A stretch of 28,255 bases of DNA from positions 1 to 28,255 of the forward strand of contig NW_021827499.1 in assembly GCF_006345805.1 (NCBI RefSeq), given 5' to 3'. The translations under genes and the position numbers were made by a program. Origin of the DNA: Octopus sinensis. Its lineage: Eukaryota. Every line of letters begins with the position of its first letter. Within the stretch, counting starts at the first letter, position 1. This document shows positions 18,971 to 28,255 of the stretch, in pieces. The notes below the pieces were generated by a model, which worked only from the letters and a program-made list of their open reading frames with translations, did not search any database and was not told the DNA's origin.

Positions 18971-19307
18971 TTGAGCAGAACTATGATTAAAGATATTCTA
19001 GTTTATAGCCATCATTTATAGTCCAGAATTACCTATGTCTTTTCAATGATTTGAGGGAAATTTAGCTGCAATTGGCAGTGGGTCGAAGTGCCACATAAAG
19101 TTCCCCATTGACCTGGGGAATGTTATGTGAATGTAAGCATTCACTCTAATTATAAATATAAAATGCTGAAAATAGAACCGCTAAACAATTGAATCACCCT
19201 CAAATCACATTCTTAAAAAGAAAGAAGCTTTGTTGTAGATATATATATAAACGCGATGGTCACTGATCGAATATCTTTGATCATAAGTTCAGTTGCTCAA
19301 GCTTGAC
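18971..19307. repeat. Inverted pair of an old dispersed repeat (family Y): 18971-19072 (+) and 19170-19307 (-)
   Basis: Both carry ttgagca..gaact.atgat.aaagatattc and tgatttgaggg. Related fragments lie at ~4081-4168 (-), ~18083-18133 (+) and ~24165-24385 (+). Confidence 0.6.
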
Positions 19308-19349
19308 AACAATAAATTTTATTTTCGATTTCTAAATGCCCAACATTAT

Positions 19350-19790
19350 TAAATGCGGAACTGCCATATTGGCTCCACATGTGAAACAGTAAGACATTAA
19401 GAGGGAATTTCACACACACACACGCACGCACACTGGAAAATCAAATATATATAATTAAAAAAACCCGGAAAAACAACAAGTCAAAAGGACGTATACAGCA
19501 GATGTATTAGATTGGCGCCAGAGAAGGTTTAATATGGAAAAAAAGAGAGGGTGTGACGTCTCAAGCATGACTCGTCAGAAAAAGGAAAGAGGGAAAAGTT
19601 CAAGTTCAGAGAGGAGGCAAAGAATAGTCCGAGAAAAGTACATGTATCGTTCCTTACATGGCTGAAGTGTCCAGAAATGGAGAGAGAGATAAAAAAAAAA
19701 AAAAAAAGTGTATTTCGAAAGCAGGAGAATGCAAAAATAGCCGGTGTGTGATATTATCTGTGTGCATCTGGTTTTGTGCTTATGTGAGTG
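19350..19790 (+). promoter_or_regulatory. Candidate promoter or first-exon region
   Basis: Repeat-poor, purine-rich stretch with ATTGG at 19368 and 19511 (the latter overlapping TGGCGCCA), CRE-like TGACGTCT at 19554, TGACTCGTCA at ~19568 and a GTGAGT donor at 19784. Motif evidence only. Confidence 0.3.
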
Positions 19791-20019
19791 ATGTGTGCGT
19801 AAAGGAATGAAGTGAACAGGTTAGTAGTAGGAGTAGAAGTAAGACTAGAGGTGGATGGACGTATGGTCAAGAGGCGAGGTGACGTGTGTGTGCGTATGAA
19901 TGTGTGTATCGGTGTGGGTGAAGAGTTTTTTTTTGTACATGCTTAGGATACAGAAACGTGTGCGTACGGTAGATATTTATGCAGTGTGCGTGGGTGTGGG
20001 TGTATACATATATATATAT

Positions 20020-20183
20020 ATTTCTTTACTACCCACAAGGGGCTAAATACAGAGGGGACAAACAAGGACAGACAAAGGGATTAAGTCGATTACATCGACC
20101 CCAGTGCGTAACTGGTACTTAATTTATCGACCCCGAAAGGATGAAAGGCAAAGTCGACCTCGGCGGAATTTGAACTCAGAACG
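20020..20183 (-). mobile_element. SINE-B copy, 5' truncated, tail type b
   Basis: Same cttgtgggtagtaaagaaata tail as 12359-12420. The central block is near-perfect. Confidence 0.9.
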
Positions 20184-20248
20184 GCGATGGATGGATGTCT
20201 GTGTGTACTCATATATATATGCATTATCGATATTATATCCTGTGCGAA

Positions 20249-20448
20249 GGCGCGTGTTTTAGTGGTTAGGGCATTTGGCTCACGATCGTAAAGTCGCGAG
20301 TTCAATTCCCGGCGACACGTTGTGTCCTTGAACCATACACTTTATTTCACGTTGCTCCAGCGCATTCAGCTGGCGGGAATGCTAAATCTCCCTGAGAACT
20401 GCGTTAAGGGTTACACGTTAATTTCACGAGCAAGCTGTTCCGTTGATC
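20249..20448 (+). mobile_element. SINE-D (different tRNA head) carrying the SINE-C 3' tail
   Basis: A-box TAGTGGTTAG, B-box GAGTTCAATTCC, CORE-like tgtgtccttga. 20381-20448 matches the reverse complement of 2327-2421. Confidence 0.75.
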
Positions 20449-20485
20449 ACTTCGTCTGCCACTAGGTTCTGAGTTCAAATTCCGC

Positions 20486-20901
20486 TAGTTGTCAGAGATC
20501 ATGAAGAAAAAAAATGCTTTCTAATTGATGTATCAATACCAGCAGATGACAACGTTTCTCTAAAAGAAATAGAGAAACTTTCAAAATACAAAGACCTGGA
20601 AATAGAGGTAACTCGAATGTCGAATCTAAAAACAGAAACAATTCCTATCATAGTAGACGCATTAGGTATGATAAAAAAATATATGTTAAATACATAACAA
20701 AAACACCAGGACTTACAAATATATATAACATACAGAAAATTGCACTACTGGACACTGCACACATCCTACACAAAACACTTTCAATACAGTAACCACAAGA
20801 GCATCGCAGCAAACCACAGCACATACCCAAGGCACACAGAGCTGCGCTCGGTAGTGAAGTGAAAGCACGTGATAAAAATAAAACTACTGAATGATAATAA
20901 T
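20486..20901 (+). mobile_element. R4/Dong-clade LINE 3' end: restriction-like endonuclease C-terminus plus 3' UTR
   Basis: VVRDHEEKKCFLIDVSIPADDNVSLKEIEKLSKYKDLEIEVTRM...TIPIIVDALGMIKK(fs)...NIQKIALLDTAHILHKTLSIQ* (stop 20790-20792). This is the conserved REL-domain signature of R4/Dong, and the element ends in an AAT-type tail. Confidence 0.88.
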
Positions 20902-20903
20902 AG

Positions 20904-21262
20904 TCTTCTGATCTTAATTGATTGAAAGTGTTATCATGTTCAGCATTTTGTCTTGGTATAAAAGATGGGCTACAACAAATATTCTGCTCAATTCACCTTT
21001 GGAAACATGGGTGGTTCGTTCAACATATTTAAACAATCCTTATTCGGGGGCCTTTTGAGCGGGATGGGCTACTCGACCAGAAGAAAATTCTAACTAGGCC
21101 TCTGCAAGGTCATGTGCTGTTTATCTTGATATGAGATCGTTATGTCGTGCACATATAGTTGTGATGCATGTGTCTGGTGTACCCTTATCAGGCGGGTATA
21201 CTGGGCTTCGTATATTTTACCCCAGTGTCAACTTTGATGGCATGCACTGCTCTTTCACTCAG

Positions 21263-21293
<31 letters not shown>

Positions 21294-21300
21294 TAAATAA
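20904..21300 (+). mobile_element. Family X copy, internally deleted, with (AAT)n tail
   Basis: Aligns to the reverse complement of 10640-11148. Confidence 0.8.
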
Positions 21301-22458
21301 CTGACGTACTTCACATGAAGAGTTTCAAGAATAAAACAAAAGCTACGTGCTATTTAGTTTGCTGGACTGATAGTGTAAAAGAGACCAAATAGCCTCAAGT
21401 ATTATGACTGAAAGTCACTAATTAAATGTCATTAAATGGAAATATGGCAATGTTTCGGTATTAATATATGACGTCGGTCATGAGTGTATGGGGGTGCGAG
21501 TGTGTATTTCGCTGTTTCAACACTGTTGGGCTGATGAAACATTGTCACACACACTCATGTCAGACTTTTATCGAAAGGCTGCCGGAAATGTGTTAATTTG
21601 ATATTCTCTTCGATTAAAAATTCTCAAGGCCATTCATGATACAACCAATTTATAGAAGTGTGGGTAGTATGATTATTATTTTATTTGTAGCACTTTCAAA
21701 GTTACTTTATTAACTTCGTCAAGTTAAAACAAAAGTGTTGCTTTTAAAACAAGTAAAAGCTTTAAATAAATGAAATTGAAAATAAAATATTCACAAGCAT
21801 TTATTCAGTAATTTCCCTTACTCGTTTTGCCTCAGTCTAGTTTTGTATTTTCCCCAGAATTTTTTTCAACTATCAGTCCTGCAGACATAAGTACCTAAAA
21901 TCAAAGATCGCCAAAAGATGATTTGTAGTAAACACTATTGATAAAGTATACTTTTTTTTTTGTATAATATATATACTCTAACTTCTTAGTATAATTATTA
22001 CGTTTAAGAAAATTACCGATAACGCGTATTTTACACGGTTCACTTTTTTTTTCTGCCATGATCAAGTATTTAGTTTGGATTTTTTTAAAGTTAAAAAAAT
22101 ATTTTTTTTAAATCCATTGCCTACGTAAATACTCTCGTGGTACGCTCACTAAACAACCTGAAAGCTCAGCATGTTAGTTAGGTTCATCATAAATAGCTAC
22201 AAGTGATAACTGAATTAATATGATACGTTAACCACAAATATTTCATATTATTCAAATTTCTGCTTCAAAAATTTAAAACCCGTACAAAGATTGAAGAAAA
22301 AAAAATACTTTAATACTTCACCATCTCTTAAACACTTCGACTGACTTACGCAAACACACCTGCAGACACAGAACTAACATTTCAAGTATGATGTCTGGGA
22401 CAACTGGAAAACATCAGTTTGAAGTCATTACAGTGGATTCTCCATATTTTGTAAGCAG

Positions 22459-22760
22459 CACTTTTTTTTTTTTATGCGCCCTTTTCAAACCTATCCAGGC
22501 TCATGGCCCCGGTTTCCCGGTTTCTGTAGCGTATGTGCCCCCACCCCAACTGGACGGGACGCCAGTCCATCGCAGCGTTACCCAAGAAACAGGAAGAAAG
22601 AGTGAGAGAAAGTTGGGGCGAAAGAGTACAACAGGGGTCGCCACCACCCCCTGCCGGAGTGTCGTGGAGCTTTTAGGTGTTTTTGCTCAATAAATACACC
22701 GGTCTGGGAATCGAAACCGCGAGTCCGCTGCCCTAACCACTAGGCCATTGCGCCTCCACA
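22459..22760 (-). mobile_element. SINE-C variant with alternative 3' tail, poly(A) and 8-bp TSD
   Basis: Same head and body as 2271-2665. The 3' part is GCTGCGATGGACTGGCGTCCCGTCCAG...GCTACAGAAACCGGG...A(n). TSD GTAAGCAG at 22451-22458 and 22761-22768. Confidence 0.88.
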
Positions 22761-22859
22761 GTAAGCAGTACTACAGGCCAACAGACGAAACATAACACTG
22801 TGTGCAGTGTACCCTCTGTGTCTCATTTGCAGTTACACTGACTGAAGTCTAATCAAGAA

Positions 22860-23093
22860 TTAACCCTTTATTATTTAAATCTGCATGTCTGGCCTAAATA
22901 TTCTTCCTTTTTTATGTCCAAACCAGCCAGATTTAAGCCTCTCACACCTATCAATAATATCATTCTAAAACTCGTAATCACACCATCAAAATCTCAAAGC
23001 TACAAGACAGATAGATAATGCATGATTAATTCAAAAGAATGTGAATAAATAAGCATTATGTTTGATAGAGTAATCTGAATGCCAAAGGGGTAA
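22860..23093. mobile_element. TTAA-flanked piggyBac-type MITE
   Basis: TTAA-CCCTTT... at the left end and ...AAAGGG-GTAA (one change from TTAA) at the right end. Confidence 0.65.
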
Positions 23094-23894
23094 ATATCTT
23101 GGCAATAATGTGAATCATAAACCTCTCAGTTGGTTGTCTGTATTATATATATATGTATATTATTCAATTAATTGATCATCCATGCACTTATCACCTTTGA
23201 TGTGATAGGTACACCATCTAACTTAATACCACCATCATCACCACTACCTGCACCATCACCACCACCACCACTGTCACCACCACCCTGGTCTTTGGATGTT
23301 TTAGTGCAGTTAGCTATGTCGCAATAATTTGGACCAAGCCCTCTTCTACTCTGCTCCCCATCCCTTCTCCACTCAGTCCTAGCTTTTCTTTTGGGTGTTC
23401 ATTCTGGACAAGCAACTTTACCAGAAAGGGAGCACCCTGGAAAAGATATTGGATACTATCTCTGCCCTTCCTTATCTTATAAAAGAGAGTGAGAAAGAGA
23501 AAGAGTGAGAGAGGAAAGGGAAAAAGAAAGTATAAACTAAATTCCTTGTTCAAATTTTGTTAGCATCAATTCTTTACAGGTCGTCTCTGAAATTAGTTAT
23601 GGTTAAATTAATAATTTAGGAATAAGGAACTCAGTGGGTGGGGGCAGGTTTTTCAAGCAGCTTGTGCTCAGGAGGCAAAACGTGAAATTAATGAAAAATT
23701 CTGAATTCTTCAGTTTTACCAGCAGTTTTAACCAGTTATTTTCTATTCTACTACAGATGTAAGTTTTATGAGTGATTTATTCTAAATATCGGTTCACCGA
23801 ACATCAGTGTAGGGAAGAACAGTTGTTTTCCATGGATGCAAACAATAATCTATAATGATATGTGGTGCGGAAGAATATTCTATTCTATTCCAAT

Positions 23895-24110
23895 GAGTAC
23901 GGTGGTGGTGGTGGTGGTGGTGCCAGTGGTAGAAACAACAACAATAGTGGTGGTGGGGTTTGCGACAGTGATGGCAATGGCAATGGTAGTAGTAGCAGCA
24001 GTGGTGATGTTTGTAGTTGTGCTGTTGTTGTTGTTGTTGTGGTTGTTGTTGTTGTTTTGGTGTTGTGGTGGTGGTGGTGGTGGTGGTGTGGTGGTGGTGG
24101 TGGTGGTTTA
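23895..24110. repeat. Compound (GGT)n/(GTT)n/(GTA)n trinucleotide region
   Basis: Direct reading; source of the poly-His/Val/Gly pseudo-ORFs. Confidence 0.9.
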
Positions 24111-24164
24111 ACAAAACTCTTGTAAATTATGTCTTTATGTCATCAAATTGTAAGAGGAGCTACA

Positions 24165-24385
24165 TATCTTGTTGTTTTTTAACCCTAGGTCAGCATTAAT
24201 TGAGCATACCCATGATCAAAAATACTCCAGCTTTTGTCCATCACATCTTTTATTTAATTTTTTTTTTTTTTTGCAGACATCTAGACTAGATTATTCAATG
24301 TGTCCTTTCCTTTCCTTTTGTCTTTTTTTTTTTTTTTTTTGAAAGACAGTGTTATGATTTAAGGAAGACTGTGCTGCTATTTCTA
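24165..24385 (+). repeat. Family Y old dispersed repeat copy
   Basis: taggtcagc...atgatcaaaaatactccag...tgatttaagg.agac...gctgctatttcta, shared with 18971-19307 and 4081-4168. Confidence 0.55.
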
Positions 24386-24954
24386 ACACTAACATCCACA
24401 TAAAGTTATCAAACCTCCTCATTAGCTCATATAAACCATAAAATTGAGGCACTTAACATTTCTCATGGTTAACAATGCCATACAATACCAAACCAGTGAT
24501 CCAGCAAGCTTGGGACTAGATGTGTCCCAGATTTCCAGTTCCCTGGAGACAGTCTATATACTTAAAATATGAAATAAGCTATGAAAAATAAAGAGCTAAA
24601 TCGTATTTAACAGATTCACATTAATACACTTCTAAGGCAAGGCTTGGTCAATATTTATTAATCCGCTTAGAAATTCTTTAAATATATCATACTATACCTT
24701 ATATACTATATGTTTATAGGAGGTAAATTACATGAAGAAACGTAAAGAACATGTTTTTATTTAACATATGGTGCACCAGAGCTTGTGGTGCACCTGAGCA
24801 CTGTATACAATAATTTCATTATTATTATTATTTAAATTAATATACAATTCTAAAGCAGAGTATGTGTAGTCATTATCAGTCCATTTGAAAAGATAAAGAA
24901 CAAAAATATTTTTAACACATCAGATGCCAATTAACGAAATTAAAAAACAGGTTC

Positions 24955-25110
24955 TGTTTATTCTGCGGCCATGCTGGAGCACCACCTTTTGGTCAAAGAA
25001 ATTGACCCCAGGATTTTGTAAGCCTGGTACCTATTCATTCTACTGGTCTTTTTTTGCTGAAAAAAGCATGTGGTTGGAAAACAAACTTCTTACCACACAA
25101 GCATGCCTGC
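24955..25110 (-). mobile_element. Degraded, internally deleted SINE-A
   Basis: ctgcggccatgctggagcacc...aacttcttaccacaca. Confidence 0.7.
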
Positions 25111-25448
25111 TCCTGTTTGGTAACTTATACTTTGTTGTACTATTTATGGCAGTCAGTCTTCTGGCTGAACCAAGAAAACTAGTTTTCCAAATAGCTAATT
25201 AGTATCATATGTTAGTCAGAACTCTTGACAGAAACATCACCATTTTTCGGTGATGGAATAAGATTTGAACATAGAATGTACAAGGCTGCGACAGAGGTTG
25301 CAATGCATCTCATCCTAGACTCAAACAATTCAAACAACCTTTCTGATAATCTGGTAAAGTTGATCTCAGCTGGATTTGAACTCAGTATGCAAAGAATGAG
25401 AACAAATACCACAAGGCATTCCATCTAACATTCTAAGATCCCTGCTTG

Positions 25449-26015
25449 TATTGGGTTGTCTGGAAAGTTCATGCCGATTTATAGTAGCTTACCTTTCGAC
25501 TTATTTTAGAACATGGTTGAGTCCATAAAATAGGATTTGACTACACCACCATTTACAGCACAGTTTATGCTATCTTTTCGTGGAAGAAGGTTTATGTTCC
25601 TATAACCTGTGTTAATTCTGTAACCCTTTAAAATGTAAGATAAGAAAGTTCATTTTCGGCACTTGATGCTTTGGGAACCAGACAAAAATTGCTGCAGCTC
25701 GGCTGGGATGTGGTTACCCCACCTCCATATTCACCAGATATTGCTCCTCAGATTTCCACTTATTCAGGTCTCTCAGAATAGTCTTAATGTAAAAATTTCA
25801 ATTCCTTGATGACGTAAAAAGATACCTTGATGAACTCTTTGCCATGAAACCACCTCAATTCTGGGAAGAGGGTATTTTCAAGTTAAAGGAAAGATGGAGA
25901 TGCATTGTGCCAACAAAAAGGTTCATATTTGGTTGATTAAAAATGTAATGGCAAGTATTTATTGACCTTTTTCTTTCCTTTAAAAATCGGCACAAACTTT
26001 CCGGACAATCCACTA
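25449..26015 (+). mobile_element. Internally deleted mariner transposon
   Basis: 30-bp TIRs (25451-25480 vs 25984-26013, 25/30 identical) flanked by TA. The N-terminus M*DKKVHFRHLMLW (25633) is joined to the C-terminus TRQKLLQLGWDV..PPYSPDIAP.DFHLF...KPPQFWEEGIFKLKERW...D* (stop 25938-25940). YSPDIAP is the mariner signature. Confidence 0.92.
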
Positions 26016-26090
26016 TTACTGATATTTGTAGTTACATACATGAAAGCCTCTAAGCCAACAGGAGGACTCCACTACATAGTTGTTTGGCCA

Positions 26091-26316
26091 TTAACCCTTT
26101 CGTTACCATATTTATTTTGAGATGTTCTGTGTTTGTTCAATTAATTTTAAATATAACAAAGAATTTAGTAAATAACTTAGTTATCATTCGCTAGTGTTAG
26201 GAACATAAATTGTGACTAAGGTTTGGTGGAAGATTTTAATTCAAAACTTATGAAAACAAGACATTTGTATTAACGAGCAGAGCTGGTTTCAACCGTGTTG
26301 GTATTGAAAGGGTTAA
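26091..26316. mobile_element. TTAA-flanked piggyBac-type MITE
   Basis: TTAACCCTTTCGTTACC vs the reverse complement of the right end, TTAACCCTTTCAATACC (15/17). Confidence 0.8.
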
Positions 26317-26884
26317 CATGAAAAGGAGGGGACCATTCATTCAATATTACTGCAAATCATCAGTTAAAATTTGTTTTTTTCTGTTTACTAAGGAAAAAAA
26401 AAAATCGATATTGAAACAAAAAAAATGTATTTGTAAACTTTGCTGATATTTCCCAAAACCTTGTGTGTTTTCCTCAGATTTATTCCAAGCATTAGTTTTG
26501 TTATTTTTTGTTTTGTTTTTTAATCATGAAACAATATCATATACAATAATCAATATATTAGAAAATAACATATTGACATAAGAAATATACATGTAATAAC
26601 ATATATATTTGTGTGTGTGTGCATGTATGTATCTAATAACTTTCTTTGCTTCCCTTTTTGGTTGTTATAAATTTTTGCTTCCCATGTTGGTTGTTTTTAA
26701 TACTCATTTTTATTATAACACACACACATACATGCATGCACATGCTTGACTATACGTGTATTTCTGTGTTCATATGACTCTGTATGTATGTACATATTTG
26801 CATGTTTGTCTCCCTGCATAGGTCATATACATGCTCATGCACATCTGTGCTCACACACACACACACACACACATATATCACTAT

Positions 26885-27045
26885 CATTTAACATCTGTCT
26901 TCCTGCTGGCATGGGTTGGATGATTTGACAACATCCAACCTAGAGGACTGCTGTGTTGAACTCCAAAGTCTATTTTGGCATGTTTTTTTAATGGATGGTC
27001 AGCCTTCCTAACCCCACTCACTTTAACAAGTGTACCAGGAATATA
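26885..27045 (-). mobile_element. Degraded retroposon 3' end resembling RTE/Expander-type tails
   Basis: Minus strand ...ccaacccatgccagcaggaagacagatgttaaatga; recognised by pattern only. Confidence 0.4.
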
Positions 27046-27096
27046 CATACAAATACATATATATATATGACTAGGCACACACACACACACATATAT

Positions 27097-27256
27097 AGGT
27101 CTGGCTCTGTGATAAGGAGATTGCTTCCCAACCATATGGTTCCTGGTTGAGTCCCACTGCATGGCACCTTGGGAAAGTATTTTTTACTATACCCTCAGGC
27201 TGTCTAAAACCTGATGAGTTGATTTGCTAGACAGAAACTGAAAGAAGCACATTGTA
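27097..27256 (+). mobile_element. Degraded SINE-A 5' half
   Basis: tggctctgtgataag...gagtcccactgcatggcaccttggg...gacagaaactgaaagaagc. Confidence 0.75.
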
Positions 27257-27417
27257 TGTATGTATGTATGTACGTGTGTGGTGGGTGTGTGTGTAGTAAA
27301 TATATATGTATGTATGTATGTATATGTATTTATATATATGTATGTATAGTATTTATATATATGTATGTATGTATATAATATATATATATATATATATATA
27401 TTATGTATGTATCATCT

Positions 27418-27597
27418 GTGGAGGTGCAATGGCCCAGTGGTTAGGGCAGCGGACTCGCGGTCGGAGGATCGCGGTTTCGATTCTCAGACCGGCCGTTATG
27501 TGTGTTATTGAGCGAAAAACACCTAAAAATAGCTCCACGAGGCTCCGGCAGGGGGTGGTGATCCCTGCTGAACTCTTTCACCTCTCTTTCTCCCACT
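27418..27597 (+). mobile_element. SINE-C 5' half, 3' truncated
   Basis: gtggaggtgcaatggcccagtggttagggcagcggactcgcgg...gctccacgaggctccggcag. Confidence 0.88.
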
Positions 27598-27959
27598 GCT
27601 AGTCTTTTACACTACTGAGCTACCCTTGAGGCACAGGACCTATTTAACTCTCAGACCAGAAATTGCTTTATGTGACGTCAGAATATGTCCACAAATGTGT
27701 TGGCTTGTGTTGCATGTTACTAAGGGCCAACCCTCCCCAAACTCTTGTTTGTCATAATCACAGACAGTCTTCTGGTATTTGACCCATAATGCAGATCCTT
27801 GACTGGTAAAACCACTTCTTCTAAAGGGAACAGTGGTAATTAAGGGAATACTCAAATCCTAAGATTTATAGGTCTAGTTAACTGGTCTCCATGTTGTATA
27901 TGTGACTAGATCACAACATTACCAATGAACAGGATGTCAGGCCCTTGAAAGGCTATTCC

Positions 27960-28087
27960 ATTTACAGCCGAGTGAACAGGAACAATGAGAAATGAAGTGT
28001 TTTTCTCAAGAAAACAACACACTGTCTAGTCAGGAACTGAACCCACAATCTTGCAATCATGAGTACACCCCTTAACTACTATAGCAC
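27960..28087 (-). mobile_element. Old SINE-D-like copy
   Basis: Minus strand tagtagttaagg...gggttcagttcc...gtgttgttttcttgagaaaaacacttcatttc...gttcactcggctgtaaatg. Confidence 0.55.
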
Positions 28088-28227
28088 ACACTTCACAGTT
28101 AAGGGCTAACTCTAGTCTATATTTTACTTCTTGAATGAATTACTACTTTCACAGTTACAGTGGTCTTTACTTTAGTAACTGTCGTATTTTTATCAAACAC
28201 ATACACAAATGTAGACATACTCATATT

Positions 28228-28255
28228 CTTTTACTCTTTTACTGTTTCAGTCATT
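28228..28255 (-). mobile_element. SINE-A tail, cut by the window edge
   Basis: tcttttactcttttactgtttcagtcatt. Confidence 0.75.

Noticed and set aside
19545-19580. Minus-strand CTGACGA followed by a short G-C-closed hairpin (hammerhead-like start)
   Set aside because: Followed by GTCA rather than GAAA, with no stem III or stem I.
21531-21585. CTGATGA...CGAAA on the plus strand (hammerhead- or C-box-like)
   Set aside because: No G10.1-C11.1 pair or coherent stem II, no U16.1/NUH triplet and no downstream D box.
23794-24199. ORFs with poly-His/Thr/Gln/Gly/Val tracts
   Set aside because: Compound trinucleotide repeat open in several frames on both strands, with no splice or codon support.
24250-24280. 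Strong-looking acceptor (T)15-GCAG
   Set aside because: It lies inside a family Y repeat copy, and no open exon or donor follows.
27211-27240. CTGATGAG...GAAAC in a degraded SINE-A
   Set aside because: It arose by mutation of the SINE-A body (cttgtgagtggatttggtagacggaaac), and there is no C11.1 or pairing stems.
27673-27680. Perfect CRE palindrome TGACGTCA
   Set aside because: An isolated 8-mer without supporting promoter context; expected by chance.
1-28255. CRISPR arrays, operons or other prokaryotic systems
   Set aside because: No repeat-spacer arrays or prokaryotic gene architecture; the sequence is typical repeat-rich animal DNA.

Overview
Repeat-dense, AT-rich eukaryotic intronic or intergenic DNA, most likely from an octopus (coleoid cephalopod). 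That assignment is inferred from the tRNA-derived SINE families and microsatellite load, not from a database search. No host protein-coding gene is supported. Nearly all long ORFs in the track are translations of microsatellites or SINEs. The window holds many copies of four tRNA-headed SINE families (my labels SINE-A to SINE-D) and remnants of three LINE clades (CR1/L2, RTE, R4/Dong). It also holds DNA-transposon derivatives (pogo/Tigger, mariner, hAT-like and TTAA/piggyBac-type MITEs, a Helitron), a headless (TAA)n-associated repeat family and a ~940-bp (TATG)n array. The most interesting signal is a type I hammerhead ribozyme with an intact catalytic core on the minus strand (237-339, predicted GUA cleavage between 240 and 239). 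It has an unusually long stem II and lies 21 nt downstream of a fully paired 30-bp hairpin. Both sit inside a ~770-bp non-coding module embedded in (TA)n, which could be a Penelope-like or retrozyme-like element. A second, degenerate hammerhead lies at ~14514-14588, also between TA-rich tracts. Boundaries of old repeats are approximate.
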